Shown: positions 20,890-31,905 of the stretch, piece by piece
How positions within the stretch are numbered: the stretch's first letter is position 1
Layout of the letters: each line of letters begins with the position of its first letter
DNA from: an uncultured Mycoplasmatota bacterium
Lineage (GTDB): Bacteria; Bacillota_I; Bacilli_A; RF39; UBA660
Length of the DNA stretch: 64,000 nucleotides
Assembly: GCA_948467605.1 (NCBI GenBank)
Contig: CAOKET010000004.1
Location: 7,799-71,798, forward strand
Reading direction: 5' to 3'
Notes under the pieces: generated by a model
The model's database searches: none
What the model was told of the DNA's origin: nothing
The model's input: only the letters and a program-made list of their open reading frames with translations
Translations under genes and position numbers: made by a program

Positions 20890-21393
20890 ATGGCAAGTGA
20901 AAAAATCCTTAATGGCAAAAAAGAAATAGTTGCTGAAATAAAGGAAAACATTGAAAAGTCTAAAAATGGTTCTGTAGTATTTGTTAAATACCAAGGATTA
21001 CCAGTTAGTGTTTTAGGCGAAATCAGAAGAAAACTTAAAGAGTCATCATCTGATATTAAAGTATACAAAAATACTTTAACAAGAATAGCACTTAAAGACA
21101 TGGGAATTGCCCTAGATGAAGAAACTATTAATGGCCCAATTGCTATGTGTTATTCAACTGATATAGTATCACCTATTAAGGTTATTGCTGACTATGCTAA
21201 GGATCATCCAGAACTACAGATGCAAATCGGTATAGTAGATGGTGAAATATCAGAAAAAGAAAAATTACAAAAATTAGCAACAATACCATCAAGAGATACA
21301 TTGTTAACTATGTTAGCAGGTGGAATGATTGATATAGTAAGAGATTTATCTATATGCTTAGATATGTATTCTAAACAAAAAGAAGAAAATTAA
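20890..21393 (+). CDS. rplJ: 50S ribosomal protein L10
   Basis: YQGLPV...EIRRKL...KVYKNTL...GPIA...LATIPSRDTLL. Confidence 0.95.
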   Translation: MASEKILNGKKEIVAEIKENIEKSKNGSVVFVKYQGLPVSVLGEIRRKLKESSSDIKVYKNTLTRIALKDMGIALDEETINGPIAMCYSTDIVSPIKVIADYAKDHPELQMQIGIVDGEISEKEKLQKLATIPSRDTLLTMLAGGMIDIVRDLSICLDMYSKQKEEN

Positions 21394-21419
21394 AAAAATA
21401 AATTAGGAGGAATTTAAAA

Positions 21420-21791
21420 ATGGCAAAATTAACAAAAGAAAGTTTTATTGAAAGTCTAAAAGAAATGTCTTTACTAGAAATCAAAGAACTAGTAGACGCT
21501 ATGAAAGAAGAATTTGGTGTTGACCCAAGTGCACTTGCAGTAGCAGCACCTGCAGCAGCAGGAGCAACTGAAGCAGCAGGAGCAACAGAAAAAGATGTAG
21601 TTTTAGCATCTGCTGGTGCTAACAAAGTTGCAGTTATCAAAATAATTAAGGAAATCACTGGATTAGGATTAGTTGAAGCAAAAGGAATCGCTGATAACGG
21701 TGGAGTAATCAAAGAAAAAGTAGCAGCTGATGAAGCAGAGGCTCTAAAGAAACAATTAGAAGAAGCAGGAGCAACTGTAGAATTAAAATAA
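21420..21791 (+). CDS. rplL: 50S ribosomal protein L7/L12
   Basis: Ala-rich hinge, [31 protein letters not shown]. Confidence 0.98.
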   Translation: MAKLTKESFIESLKEMSLLEIKELVDAMKEEFGVDPSALAVAAPAAAGATEAAGATEKDVVLASAGANKVAVIKIIKEITGLGLVEAKGIADNGGVIKEKVAADEAEALKKQLEEAGATVELK

Positions 21792-21937
21792 TTTCTATAA
21801 TAGAAATTCTAAGGGTAGATAATAATCTGCTCTTTTTATTTTGTAAATTTATGGTAAACTTTTAAAAAAGTATTTGCATTTTTTCTCTATTTAATATACA
21901 ATAAAATTGTAATAATAAGCTTGAAAGGAGTTAAAGT

Positions 21938-22195
21938 ATGAATATTACAAAAGTAGATGTACATAAAGTTGAAAAAGAAGGATCTCGTATGAAAGGTGTT
22001 GCTTCAGTTTTAATAGATGATTGTTTAGCAATTCATGATATTAGAATAATTGAAGGTGACGAGGGCTTATTTATTGCTATGCCTAGTCGTAAGACAAATG
22101 ATGATAAATATAAAGATATTGTTCATCCAATAAATAAAGAAACACGTAAAATGTTTGAAGATAAAATCTTTGAAGCATATAACGAGGCTGAATAA
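21938..22195 (+). CDS. spoVG: SpoVG
   Basis: MNITKVDV...KGVASV.ID...IHDIRIIEG..GLFIAMPSRK...DIVHPIN. Confidence 0.95.
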   Translation: MNITKVDVHKVEKEGSRMKGVASVLIDDCLAIHDIRIIEGDEGLFIAMPSRKTNDDKYKDIVHPINKETRKMFEDKIFEAYNEAE

Positions 22196-22281
22196 GCCTT
22201 TTTTATTTTATATAAATACTTTTTATTGCATTTATCACTCAAACTGTGATATAATATCTTGGTTGAATTTTGAGGTGTGAA

Positions 22282-24099
22282 ATGAAAATACGAAATATAG
22301 CAATAATAGCCCATGTCGATCATGGAAAAACTACATTAGTAGATCAATTATTAAAAAAGTCTAATACATTTAGAGAAAATGAACAAGTTGCAGAAAGAGT
22401 AATGGATTCAAATGACATTGAAAGAGAAAGAGGAATAACTATACTTGCAAAAACAACTGCAATAAACTATAAAGATTATAGGATTAATATAGTAGATACC
22501 CCAGGGCATGCAGATTTTGGTGGAGAAGTAGAACGTATTATGAAAATGGTAGATGGAGTTTTACTTGTAGTTGATGCTTATGAAGGTGCAATGCCACAAA
22601 CTAGATTTGTACTAAAAAAAGCAATAGAACAAAATATTAAACCTATAGTAGTAATAAATAAAGTAGATAAACCTAGTACTAGAATAAAAGAAGTATTAGA
22701 CGAAATATTAGAACTATTTATTGAATTAGGTGCAAATGATGAACAATTAGATTATAAAGTAGTATATGCTTCTGGATTAAATGGTACAGTAAGTATGACT
22801 GATGATTTATCTACACAAAGTCCTGATTTTGACCCATTATTTGATTTAATTATAGACGAAATTCCTGGACCAAATAGTACAGTTGATAAACCATTACAAT
22901 TCCAACCTTCATTACTAGATTACAACGATTATGTAGGAAGAATTGGTATAGGAAAGTTACATAATGGTACAATAAAAGTAAACGAAATGGTTTCATGTGT
23001 AAGATTAGATGGTTCAATCAAACAATTTAGAATACAAAAATTATTTGGATTTCTGGGCTTAAAAAGAGTGGAAGTAGAATCTGCTAGTGCTGGAGACATA
23101 GTAGCAATCGCAGGACTTCCAGATTTATCTGTTGGTGAAACTGTTTGTGAAGTTGGTAAAGAAGAAGCATTACCAATACTTAGAATTGATGAACCGACTC
23201 TACAAATGACATTCCAAGTAAACAATAGTCCATTTGTAGGAAAAGAAGGAAAACTAATCACTGCAAGAAAAATAGAAGAGAGATTACTAAAAGAAACTGA
23301 AAAAGATGTATCTCTTAAAGTTGAACAAAAGGACCAAGAATCATGGTTAGTATCTGGACGTGGTGAATTACATTTATCAATTTTAATTGAAACTATGAGA
23401 CGTGAAGGATACGAATTACAAGTTTCAAAACCAGAAGTTATAATTAAAGAAGTAAATGGTGAAAAACATGAACCATACGAAGAAGTACAAATAGATGTTG
23501 ATAATGAATCTGTTGGTACAATTATAGAAAGTTTAGGTACTCGTGGTGGTATAATGGAAAATATGTCCAACTATGAAAACCAAACTAGATTAACTTACAC
23601 TATTCCTTCACGAGGATTAATTGGATATATGACTGACTTTATGACTATGACTAAAGGTTATGGAATATTAAACCATACATTTAAAGAATATAGAAAGGCA
23701 GAAAATATAGCAATTGGAGAAAGAAAATTTGGTGCATTAGTATCCGTTGAGGCAGGTAAGACAACAGCTTATGCCTTAGGACAATTAGAAGATCGTGGTA
23801 CTATGTTTGTAGAACCAGGTTGTGAAGTATACGAAGGTATGATAGTAGGGGAATGTAATAGAGACAATGATTTAGCAGTTAATGTAGTTAAAGGAAAACA
23901 ATTAACTAATACAAGAGCAAGTGGATCTGACCATACAGTCGTATTAAAAAGACCAAGACCAATTACTCTAGAATATGCACTAGATTATATAAATAGTGAT
24001 GAATTAGTAGAAATTACACCATCATCTATAAGACTTAGAAAAAGAATATTAAATACTGAACAAAGAAAGAAATTTGATGCTAGAAAAACTAATGTATAA
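22282..24099 (+). CDS. typA: Translational GTPase TypA/BipA
   Basis: [62 protein letters not shown]. Confidence 0.98.
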   Translation: MKIRNIAIIAHVDHGKTTLVDQLLKKSNTFRENEQVAERVMDSNDIERERGITILAKTTAINYKDYRINIVDTPGHADFGGEVERIMKMVDGVLLVVDAYEGAMPQTRFVLKKAIEQNIKPIVVINKVDKPSTRIKEVLDEILELFIELGANDEQLDYKVVYASGLNGTVSMTDDLSTQSPDFDPLFDLIIDEIPGPNSTVDKPLQFQPSLLDYNDYVGRIGIGKLHNGTIKVNEMVSCVRLDGSIKQFRIQKLFGFLGLKRVEVESASAGDIVAIAGLPDLSVGETVCEVGKEEALPILRIDEPTLQMTFQVNNSPFVGKEGKLITARKIEERLLKETEKDVSLKVEQKDQESWLVSGRGELHLSILIETMRREGYELQVSKPEVIIKEVNGEKHEPYEEVQIDVDNESVGTIIESLGTRGGIMENMSNYENQTRLTYTIPSRGLIGYMTDFMTMTKGYGILNHTFKEYRKAENIAIGERKFGALVSVEAGKTTAYALGQLEDRGTMFVEPGCEVYEGMIVGECNRDNDLAVNVVKGKQLTNTRASGSDHTVVLKRPRPITLEYALDYINSDELVEITPSSIRLRKRILNTEQRKKFDARKTNV

Positions 24100-24139
24100 A
24101 TTCTTACATATATGTCCATTATAAGTATAGGAGGCAAAT

Positions 24140-24637
24140 ATGAAGAAAATTATTATACCAATATTAGTTTTTCTTTTTTTAGTTGGTTGTACTGCAACAA
24201 AAGCAACACCAAAAAGTGCAGTTGAAGATATGTTAAAAAAATATCAGTCTAAAGATGATATTGTTATGAGGCAACTAGATGATGTAATTAATAGTGATAG
24301 TACATATAATGACAATTTAAAGAGTGAATACAAAAAAGCAATAGAAAGACAATACACTGACCTTACATATGATATAAAAGATGATGAAATAAATGGTGAT
24401 AATGCTACAGTGACAGTAGAAATAGAAGTATATGATTACTCAAACACTAATTCAATAGATCCAACTCTAGATAAAGAAGAACAAGACGAATACAATTTGT
24501 CTGTAATTAAATCAATGCAAAAAACTAAAGAAAGAATAAAATATACATTAGATCTTACAGTAACTAAAGATGGTGATGAGTGGAAAGTCGATAATTTAAC
24601 TGATACTGAAAGAAAAAAAATACATGGTTTATATTAA
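24140..24637 (+). CDS. Lipoprotein of unknown function
   Basis: Lipobox LVGC; acidic alpha/beta body. Confidence 0.75.
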   Translation: MKKIIIPILVFLFLVGCTATKATPKSAVEDMLKKYQSKDDIVMRQLDDVINSDSTYNDNLKSEYKKAIERQYTDLTYDIKDDEINGDNATVTVEIEVYDYSNTNSIDPTLDKEEQDEYNLSVIKSMQKTKERIKYTLDLTVTKDGDEWKVDNLTDTERKKIHGLY

Positions 24638-24687
24638 TCTTTCTTTTTTTTTTATTTTGTGATATAATATCTACAAGAGGTGAATTT

Positions 24688-25506
24688 ATGAAAAAATTAT
24701 TTAGTATATTATTAGTTGCAATGCTTTTATTAACTGGTTGTGGAAATAAAAATGTAGATTTAGACTTAAATAAAATATCACAAGAATTAGATAATCTATA
24801 TTCTGATAGTTTTTATATTCAAGGTGTTTCTTCATTAATAGATGAGAAAAATTATTTTGAAGAATTAGAAGATGTTTATGAATATGATTTTAAAGAAGTA
24901 TTTGGATTAACTAGTACAAATATAGGTGATGACTACGCGGTAAGAATCAATAAGAGTAATAATACTATGTATTTAATTCTTAAACCACTTGAAAATAAAG
25001 ATAAAATAAAAGAAGAAATGAATACATATTTTAAATCTATTGAATCAAGTAACGATCTAGTAAAATCAAGACTTGAAACAGAGTATGAAGGATATTTAAT
25101 CTACATAGTATCTAATGATAACGATAAAGTATTAGAAACTATTAAATCTTCTAAAAGTCCAGTATTTAATAACCTTGTACCTGTTCAAGATGAAATGATA
25201 GAATCTACATTAGGAATTAAAAAAGATACATATAGTGAAATATTAATGAAAGTACCTATGATGATTATACAATCAAATATGTATATAATAATTAAACCAG
25301 AAGATGGTAAAAAAGATGATGTAAAAAAAGCAATAGACCAATATATGACAAATCTAGAGGAACAATGGAAAACATATTTACCAGATCAATACGAATTAGT
25401 TAAAAATCGTAAGTATGAAGAATATGGTGGATATTTAATCTATATAGTATCTAGTGATAATGATAAAGTATTAGATACTATTAAGAAAAACGAAATAAAG
25501 GGTTAA
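24688..25506 (+). CDS. DUF4358-like lipoprotein with an internal duplication
   Basis: Lipobox LTGC; GYLIYIVSNDNDKVLETIK and GYLIYIVSSDNDKVLDTIK repeats; sits before an MBOAT gene. Confidence 0.7.
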   Translation: MKKLFSILLVAMLLLTGCGNKNVDLDLNKISQELDNLYSDSFYIQGVSSLIDEKNYFEELEDVYEYDFKEVFGLTSTNIGDDYAVRINKSNNTMYLILKPLENKDKIKEEMNTYFKSIESSNDLVKSRLETEYEGYLIYIVSNDNDKVLETIKSSKSPVFNNLVPVQDEMIESTLGIKKDTYSEILMKVPMMIIQSNMYIIIKPEDGKKDDVKKAIDQYMTNLEEQWKTYLPDQYELVKNRKYEEYGGYLIYIVSSDNDKVLDTIKKNEIKG

Positions 25507-25532
25507 TCCCTTTTTTCTTTGAAGGAGGAAAT

Positions 25533-26915
25533 ATGGTTTTTAGTAGCATTCCGTTTTTATTTTTTTTCTTACCACTTTTTTTAGTATTATATTTTTTAGT
25601 ACCTAAAAAACTAAAAAATCTAGTATTACTAATATTTAGTTTAATATTCTACGCATGGGGAGAACCTATTTATATAATACTTATGCTATTCTCATCATTA
25701 GTAGATTATATTAATGGGTTATTATTAAATAAATTTAAAAGTAGTAAATTAAAGAAAAGATTAGTACTAATATTCTCAATAGTAGTTAATTTATTATTAC
25801 TATCAGTATTTAAATATAGTGGATTTATAATTACAACAATTAATGATATATTAGGAACTTCTATAAGTAATCCTAACCTACCACTTCCTATTGGAATAAG
25901 TTTTTATACATTCCAAACTATGAGTTATAGCATAGATGTATATATGGGTAGAGTTAAATATGAGAAAAACTTCTTAAACTTTTTTGTATATGTATCTATG
26001 TTTCCACAACTTATTGCTGGACCAATAGTAAGATATGAAGATATAAGTCGTGAATTATCTAATAGAACTGTAACATTTGAAGGCTATAAATCAGGCTTTG
26101 TAAGATTTTTAAGAGGCTTATTTAAGAAAGTATTACTTGCTAATAACATGGGACTTCTTTGGTCTATAATAAGTTCATATGACATTAGTAACATATCAGT
26201 TTTAACCTCATGGCTTGGAATAATTGCGTACTCCTTCCAAATATATTTTGATTTTTCTGGATATAGTGATATGGCAATAGGTATTGGAAAAATGTTGGGA
26301 TTTAATTATCCAGAAAACTTCAACTACCCATATATATCAAAAAGTATTACTGAATTTTGGAGAAGGTGGCACATGTCATTATCAACATGGTTTAAAGACT
26401 ATGTATATATACCACTTGGTGGTAATAGATGTTCTAAAATTAAGCATATTAGAAATATATTAATTGTATGGCTATTAACCGGTTTATGGCATGGCTCTAA
26501 TTGGAACTTTATTATATGGGGATTATACTTTGGAATAATTCTTTTACTAGAGAAATTTATATATGGAAGAGTTTTAGAAAAACTACCAAAAGTATTTAGA
26601 CACATATATGCATTGTTACTTATAATAATAGGTTGGTTAATATTCGCATTTGAAGATGTTAATATAATTAAAACTTATCTTTTATCTATGTTTGGATTAA
26701 ATGGAAATTTAGTTTTAGATAGCAACTTTATATTCTATACTATAAATAATTTAGTATTCTTAAGTGCATGTATTATATTTAGTATCCCTATTAAATTTAA
26801 AAGTAATAAGTTTATATCTATAATAACTACTATAACATATATTATCTTATTTATACTCGTAGTAGCATTCTTAGTAAGCGATACATATAATCCATTTTTA
26901 TATTTTAGGTTTTAG
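25533..26915 (+). CDS. MBOAT family O-acyltransferase (AlgI/PatA/DltB-like)
   Basis: LPIGISFYTFQ, FPQLIAGPIVRY, DFSGYSDMAIG, FWRRWH, LWHG. Confidence 0.95.
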   Translation: MVFSSIPFLFFFLPLFLVLYFLVPKKLKNLVLLIFSLIFYAWGEPIYIILMLFSSLVDYINGLLLNKFKSSKLKKRLVLIFSIVVNLLLLSVFKYSGFIITTINDILGTSISNPNLPLPIGISFYTFQTMSYSIDVYMGRVKYEKNFLNFFVYVSMFPQLIAGPIVRYEDISRELSNRTVTFEGYKSGFVRFLRGLFKKVLLANNMGLLWSIISSYDISNISVLTSWLGIIAYSFQIYFDFSGYSDMAIGIGKMLGFNYPENFNYPYISKSITEFWRRWHMSLSTWFKDYVYIPLGGNRCSKIKHIRNILIVWLLTGLWHGSNWNFIIWGLYFGIILLLEKFIYGRVLEKLPKVFRHIYALLLIIIGWLIFAFEDVNIIKTYLLSMFGLNGNLVLDSNFIFYTINNLVFLSACIIFSIPIKFKSNKFISIITTITYIILFILVVAFLVSDTYNPFLYFRF

Positions 26916-26924
26916 GAGGTTATC

Positions 26925-28031
26925 ATGAAAAATACAATTATAACAATTATAGTAAGTTTAATTTCTATTATTTTAATAACACTTATGTTTATACTTCCTA
27001 AGGCAACTTTTTCAGATAATGAAAATAGATATTTAGAAAAACTTCCAACTTTTTCTTTTGAAAATCTATTTAATGGAAGTTATACTGAAAACTTAAAAAA
27101 TTATACTACAGATCACTTTCCATTTAGAGAACAATTTATTAGCCTAAAAACATCATTTCTTAAACTAATAGGTCAAAAGGAAATAAATAATATATATATA
27201 GGAAAAGATAACTATTTAATTGAAAAATACTCTAATCCTAAAAATAGAGATAGGATAATTAAAATATTAAATAACTTTTCAAATTCATTAGAAAATATAG
27301 AGATAGATTTTATGTTAGTACCTACTAGTATAATTATAAATAAAGATAAATTACCTAATTATGTATCAAAAGCAAGTGAACTAGATGATATAAATTACTA
27401 TTATTCTAATCTTAAATTAAATAATATAGATGTTTATAATGCACTAATAGAAGGAAATAAAAAATATCCTATGTTTTATAAATATGATCATCACTGGACT
27501 ACATATGGTGCTTACTATTCATATGTAGAATACTGTAAGAAAAATAATATAAAGTATTTAAATATAGATGAATTTAATGAGAAAAAACTAGCAAGTGATT
27601 TTAAAGGAACAATATATTCAAAACTAAATGACTTTACTATTAGTGGAGAAGATATGTATATTTTAAACAAAAATAATAATTTAACTGTTAAATATGTATA
27701 TTCTAATAGAATAACAAATACATTATTTGAAGATAAATACTTAGATAAAAAAGATAAATATTCATACTTCTTAGATAATAATCATCCATTAATAACAATT
27801 ACTAATAATGATATAAATAATAATAAAAAATTACTTGTTATAAAAGATAGTTATGCCAATTCATTTATACCATTTTTGACAAATCATTATGAAGAAATAC
27901 ATGTTATTGATCCTAGATTTTATAATCTAAGTATAATTGATTATATAAAAGAGAACTCTATTGAAAAAGTATTAATATTATACAATATCAATACAATAGA
28001 TTCTGATACAGGAATAATATCAATTCATTAA
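26925..28031 (+). CDS. DHHW-family (AlgJ/PatB-like SGNH) protein
   Basis: TM anchor, FSDNENR.L, DHHWTTYGAY, VIKDSYANS. Confidence 0.88.
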   Translation: MKNTIITIIVSLISIILITLMFILPKATFSDNENRYLEKLPTFSFENLFNGSYTENLKNYTTDHFPFREQFISLKTSFLKLIGQKEINNIYIGKDNYLIEKYSNPKNRDRIIKILNNFSNSLENIEIDFMLVPTSIIINKDKLPNYVSKASELDDINYYYSNLKLNNIDVYNALIEGNKKYPMFYKYDHHWTTYGAYYSYVEYCKKNNIKYLNIDEFNEKKLASDFKGTIYSKLNDFTISGEDMYILNKNNNLTVKYVYSNRITNTLFEDKYLDKKDKYSYFLDNNHPLITITNNDINNNKKLLVIKDSYANSFIPFLTNHYEEIHVIDPRFYNLSIIDYIKENSIEKVLILYNINTIDSDTGIISIH

Positions 28032-28076
28032 TTGTATTAACTTTTTAAAATATTCGTGATATAATTATATTGTTAA

Positions 28077-28151
28077 TGCCCCATGGCCAAGCGGTAAGGC
28101 TCTGGACTCTGACTCCAGCATGCGTTAGTTCGAATCTAACTGGGGCAACCA
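28077..28151 (+). tRNA. tRNA-Gln(CUG)
   Basis: Acceptor TGCCCCA/TGGGGCA, anticodon arm CTGGA-CT-CTG-AC-TCCAG, T-loop TTCGAAT, encoded CCA. Confidence 0.95.
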
Positions 28152-28200
28152 ATAGTTAATTATATCTTATAGATATTTATATAAATGAAGGAGACTACTT

Positions 28201-29811
28201 ATGAATTATAAAAAGTTAGCAGATTTACTTTTTCCTGATGTTAATAGTGATATTTCATATTATGAAAACTTATATCCTGAAAGACCCAACAAATTCGTAA
28301 CAAGATTTGCGCCAAGTCCAACAGGATTTTTGCATATTGGCTCTCTTTATACTGCATATATTTCTAACATTATGGCTAAACAAAATGATGGAGTTATGAT
28401 TCTTAGAATAGAAGATACTGATTCCAAAAGAGAAGTTATAGATGCAAGTAATTTAATTATTAAAGATTTAAATGACTTTAATATAAATATAAATGAAGGG
28501 ATTAATAGTGGCAATTATGGTCCATATATTCAGTCAAAAAGAGTTAATATATACCATACATACGTAAAATATTTGATAGAAAAAGGTCTTGCTTATCCGT
28601 GTTTCTTAACAGAAGAAGAAATATCAGATATTAGAAAACGACAAGAGATAAATAAAGAACGCATTGGAATATATGGAGAATATGCTTGTTATAGAGATTT
28701 ATCGTTTGAAGAAGTAAAGCAAAAATTAGAATCTAATGCTAATTATGTAATAAGATTAAAATCTCCAGGCAATTTTAATGAAAGATTTACCTTTGAAGAT
28801 TTAATAAAGGGTAAAATAGAGTTTCCATCTAATGATTTAGATATAGTACTTTTAAAAAGTGATATGATACCAACTTATCATCTAGCACATGTAATAGATG
28901 ATCATTTAATGAGAGTGACACATGTTATTAGAGGAGAAGAATGGTTATCATCGCTACCAATTCATTACCAATTATTTAGAATATTTAATTTTAAAATGCC
29001 TAAATATGCACATATCTCACCACTTACCAAAAAAGAAGGAGATACTGTAAGAAAACTAAGTAAAAGAAAAGATAAAGAATGTTTAGTTAGTTATTATGAG
29101 AAACTTGGTATTCCTGATGAAGTAATAAAGATATACTTTAATACTTTAATAAATGCAGATTATGAATCTTGGTATAACAGTAAATCAGATAATGAATTTA
29201 AATTTACATTTAAAAAAATGCCAGTAGGTGGTTCACTATTTGATAGTGATAAATTAATTAATATATCTAAAACTTATTTTAGTAGACTAACCGCTAAAGA
29301 ACTATTAGATAAAACATTAGAATATTACAAAAAATATGATATAGATTTTTATAATGTATTAAGCACTGATTATAATTATTCTATAAATATATTAAATATA
29401 GAAAGAAATATTAAAAAACCAAGAAAAGATATATCTTCATATAGTGATATAAAAAGTTGTTTTTGGTATTTCTTTGATGAATATTTTTATAAATTAAATA
29501 GGTGGAATGAGTATGAAAATGTAGATAATAATTTATTAGAAAAATATATGGAGTATTATAATTATAAAGATGATAAAGATACTTGGTATACAAGATTAAA
29601 AGAATTTGCAAGTGAAAATGGGTATTCTCCTAGTGTAAAAGAATATAATGATAGTCCTGATAACTACAAAGGTCATATAGGTGATGTTTGCGAGAGTATA
29701 AGAATTGCTTTAACATCATTAAAAGAAACACCAGATATATATGAAATTATGCAAGTTATGGGATATGATAAAGTTATAAAACGAATAAATAAGTTTGTTA
29801 ATAGAAAATAA
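28201..29811 (+). CDS. gltX: Glutamate-tRNA ligase (long, 536 aa)
   Basis: TRFAPSPTGFLHIGS, LRIEDTD, PTYHLAHVIDDHLM.VTHVIRGEEW, KLSKR. Confidence 0.93.
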   Translation: MNYKKLADLLFPDVNSDISYYENLYPERPNKFVTRFAPSPTGFLHIGSLYTAYISNIMAKQNDGVMILRIEDTDSKREVIDASNLIIKDLNDFNININEGINSGNYGPYIQSKRVNIYHTYVKYLIEKGLAYPCFLTEEEISDIRKRQEINKERIGIYGEYACYRDLSFEEVKQKLESNANYVIRLKSPGNFNERFTFEDLIKGKIEFPSNDLDIVLLKSDMIPTYHLAHVIDDHLMRVTHVIRGEEWLSSLPIHYQLFRIFNFKMPKYAHISPLTKKEGDTVRKLSKRKDKECLVSYYEKLGIPDEVIKIYFNTLINADYESWYNSKSDNEFKFTFKKMPVGGSLFDSDKLINISKTYFSRLTAKELLDKTLEYYKKYDIDFYNVLSTDYNYSINILNIERNIKKPRKDISSYSDIKSCFWYFFDEYFYKLNRWNEYENVDNNLLEKYMEYYNYKDDKDTWYTRLKEFASENGYSPSVKEYNDSPDNYKGHIGDVCESIRIALTSLKETPDIYEIMQVMGYDKVIKRINKFVNRK

Positions 29812-29845
29812 TATAGTATAATACTTTGTATAGGGAGGTTATTTT

Positions 29846-30353
29846 ATGGTTAAAAGAGAAGAATATGATGAGTATTTAAAAAAAATATGGTTGTAAAGTA
29901 AAAACATGTTTTATGGTACATAATGCGGAATTGGCACAAATTAGAGTAGTAGAGAATCATTGTAGTAATTTCAAATTTGATATTTTTGGTGGAACTACGA
30001 ACTATTTGGATATGTTTAAAACCCGTGTTTCGGATGATTACGATTTAATAGTTTTAGATAGTACAAGGGAATATTCAGATTGTGAACCTGAAAGAATGAA
30101 AACAATGGCTTTAGACATATCAAAAGATAAAAATAAAAGAGTTACAATAGCATATCGTTCTTACACAAATGATTATCCAGCATGTGGTTATTTGCAACAA
30201 ACTTTATTATACTCAGTAAAGGATGGTAAATCAGAAGAAGAAGTTATTCCTATGTCTTATTCAGAACAAAAATTTTTTTGCGCACTAGATCTTCTTGTAC
30301 TAGCACTTGAAAAACATAGAGAATACAATAATCAGAAACAATTTAAAAAATAA
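29846..30353 (+). pseudogene. Hypothetical gene frameshifted in an A8 tract
   Basis: GGGAGG RBS and ATG at 29846 read MVKREEYDEYLKK and stop at 29896. Removing one A from 29878-29885 fuses this in frame with the 29913-30353 ORF. Confidence 0.6.
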
Positions 30354-30399
30354 TTATTTACAGACTCGCTTTTTTTATGTTATACTTTATTTGCTTAAT

Positions 30400-30476
30400 G
30401 GCTCGTTGGTGAAGTGGTTTAACACGCCGCCCTCTCAAGGCGGTATTCATGGGTTCGAACCCCATACGAGTCACCA
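30400..30476 (+). tRNA. tRNA-Glu(CUC)
   Basis: Acceptor GGCTCGT/ACGAGTC, anticodon arm CCGCC-CT-CTC-AA-GGCGG, T-loop TTCGAAC, CCA. Confidence 0.95.
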
Positions 30477-30642
30477 TGAGTGTATAATGCGAACCCCTTG
30501 TGGTTCGTTTTAACTTTGCTCCAACTTAAGTACACACTTGAAGTGGGGCTAATTTTCAAGTGAATGCTCGGGATTTCTGAGCATTTTGTATTTAGAAATA
30601 ATCAATAAGGTGGTATAATTGAATAATCAAAGGGGGATTTAA

Positions 30643-31509
30643 ATGAAAAATGAAGTAATTAAAACAGAAATAAATGTTAATGATAATCTTGTTGGCATTA
30701 TGCGAGTAGGAAATGTTGATTACATTTCTCTAACCGATTTAGCAAAATATAAAAATCCTAATAATCCTGCAGATGTAATTAATAAATGGATGACAAATAA
30801 GGATTCTTTTGATTTTTATTCTTTATGGGAAGAACTATTTAATGAAAACTTTAATTTAGCGGAATCCCGCGAAATTAAAATTAATGAAGTTGGATACAAT
30901 GCTTTTACAATGTCTCCAAGTCAGTGGAAAAAGAGAACTAATGCTATTGGTATAATTCCTAGTAGTGGAAGATATAGTAAAGGTACCTATGCTCATCCTG
31001 ATATAGCACTTGAGTTTGCTTCTTGGATTGATACAAGTTTTAAGTTATATCTTATTAAAGAATTTGAGAGATTAAAAGCAAATGAAGCATATCAAAATAA
31101 AATTGAATGGAATGTTAGAAGAAGTATTTCAAAAACAAATTATAAAATTCATACTGATTCAATTAAAGAAAATATAGTACCTAAACTCACAGACAAACAA
31201 AAACAATATATTTATGCAGATGAGGCAGATGTTTTAAATGTAGCTTTGTTTGGAATGACTGCAAAAGAATGGAGAAATTCTAATCCTAATCTAGAAGGAA
31301 ATATAAGAGACCACGCGGACATTTTGCATTTGATAGTTTTGAGTAATTTAGAAAATTTAAATGCAAAAATGATTGAAGATGGTATAAGTCAAAAAGAAAG
31401 ATTAGAAAAATTAAATAAGATAGCTATTAAACAATTATCAATTTTATATAACGATAATATTATTTTTAAAATTGAACAATTTGATAATAGTTTAATCAAT
31501 AAAAAATAG
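30643..31509 (+). CDS. KilA-N domain DNA-binding protein
   Basis: DYISLTDLAKYK...GTYAHPDIALEFASWI...YLIKEFERLK...YADEADVLNVALFG.TAKEWR. Confidence 0.88.
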   Translation: MKNEVIKTEINVNDNLVGIMRVGNVDYISLTDLAKYKNPNNPADVINKWMTNKDSFDFYSLWEELFNENFNLAESREIKINEVGYNAFTMSPSQWKKRTNAIGIIPSSGRYSKGTYAHPDIALEFASWIDTSFKLYLIKEFERLKANEAYQNKIEWNVRRSISKTNYKIHTDSIKENIVPKLTDKQKQYIYADEADVLNVALFGMTAKEWRNSNPNLEGNIRDHADILHLIVLSNLENLNAKMIEDGISQKERLEKLNKIAIKQLSILYNDNIIFKIEQFDNSLINKK

Positions 31510-31527
31510 AATTTGGGGGAAATTATC

Positions 31528-31905
31528 ATGATAGAAATAATTAATGAATTTATCGTTAATGAAATTAATAAAACTATTGATTTTTACAAAGAATACTTTG
31601 ATTTTAAAATAGTAGAAACTGATGGGAATCCAATTACATGGTGTAAAATGAAAAAAGGAGATTGCTATATTATGTTTGAAGAATATAGAGAAGTATGCAA
31701 TGAGATACCAAATTTTCCCGAAAAGGTTTCATCAAGTAATTTAATTAAATTTAAGTTAAGTAGTAGAAAAGATATTGAAATATTATATAAAAAAATAAAA
31801 GATAATCATATTTCAATTTTTATGGAATTAAAAGATACATCCTATGGAAGTTTGGAATTTGGCATATTAGACCCAGATAAAAATATGATAATTTTATCTT
31901 GTTAA
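31528..31905 (+). CDS. VOC/glyoxalase family protein
   Basis: TIDFYKEYFDFK...DTSYGSLEFGILDPDKN. Confidence 0.8.
   Translation: MIEIINEFIVNEINKTIDFYKEYFDFKIVETDGNPITWCKMKKGDCYIMFEEYREVCNEIPNFPEKVSSSNLIKFKLSSRKDIEILYKKIKDNHISIFMELKDTSYGSLEFGILDPDKNMIILSC

Noticed and set aside
22929-23570. 213-aa minus-strand ORF, and similar long antisense ORFs at 6735-7094, 13685-14062, 21371-21712, 40349-40891 and 57510-57839
   Set aside because: They lie wholly opposite well-supported genes, lack RBSs, and have the S/L/F/I-rich composition expected of shadow frames.
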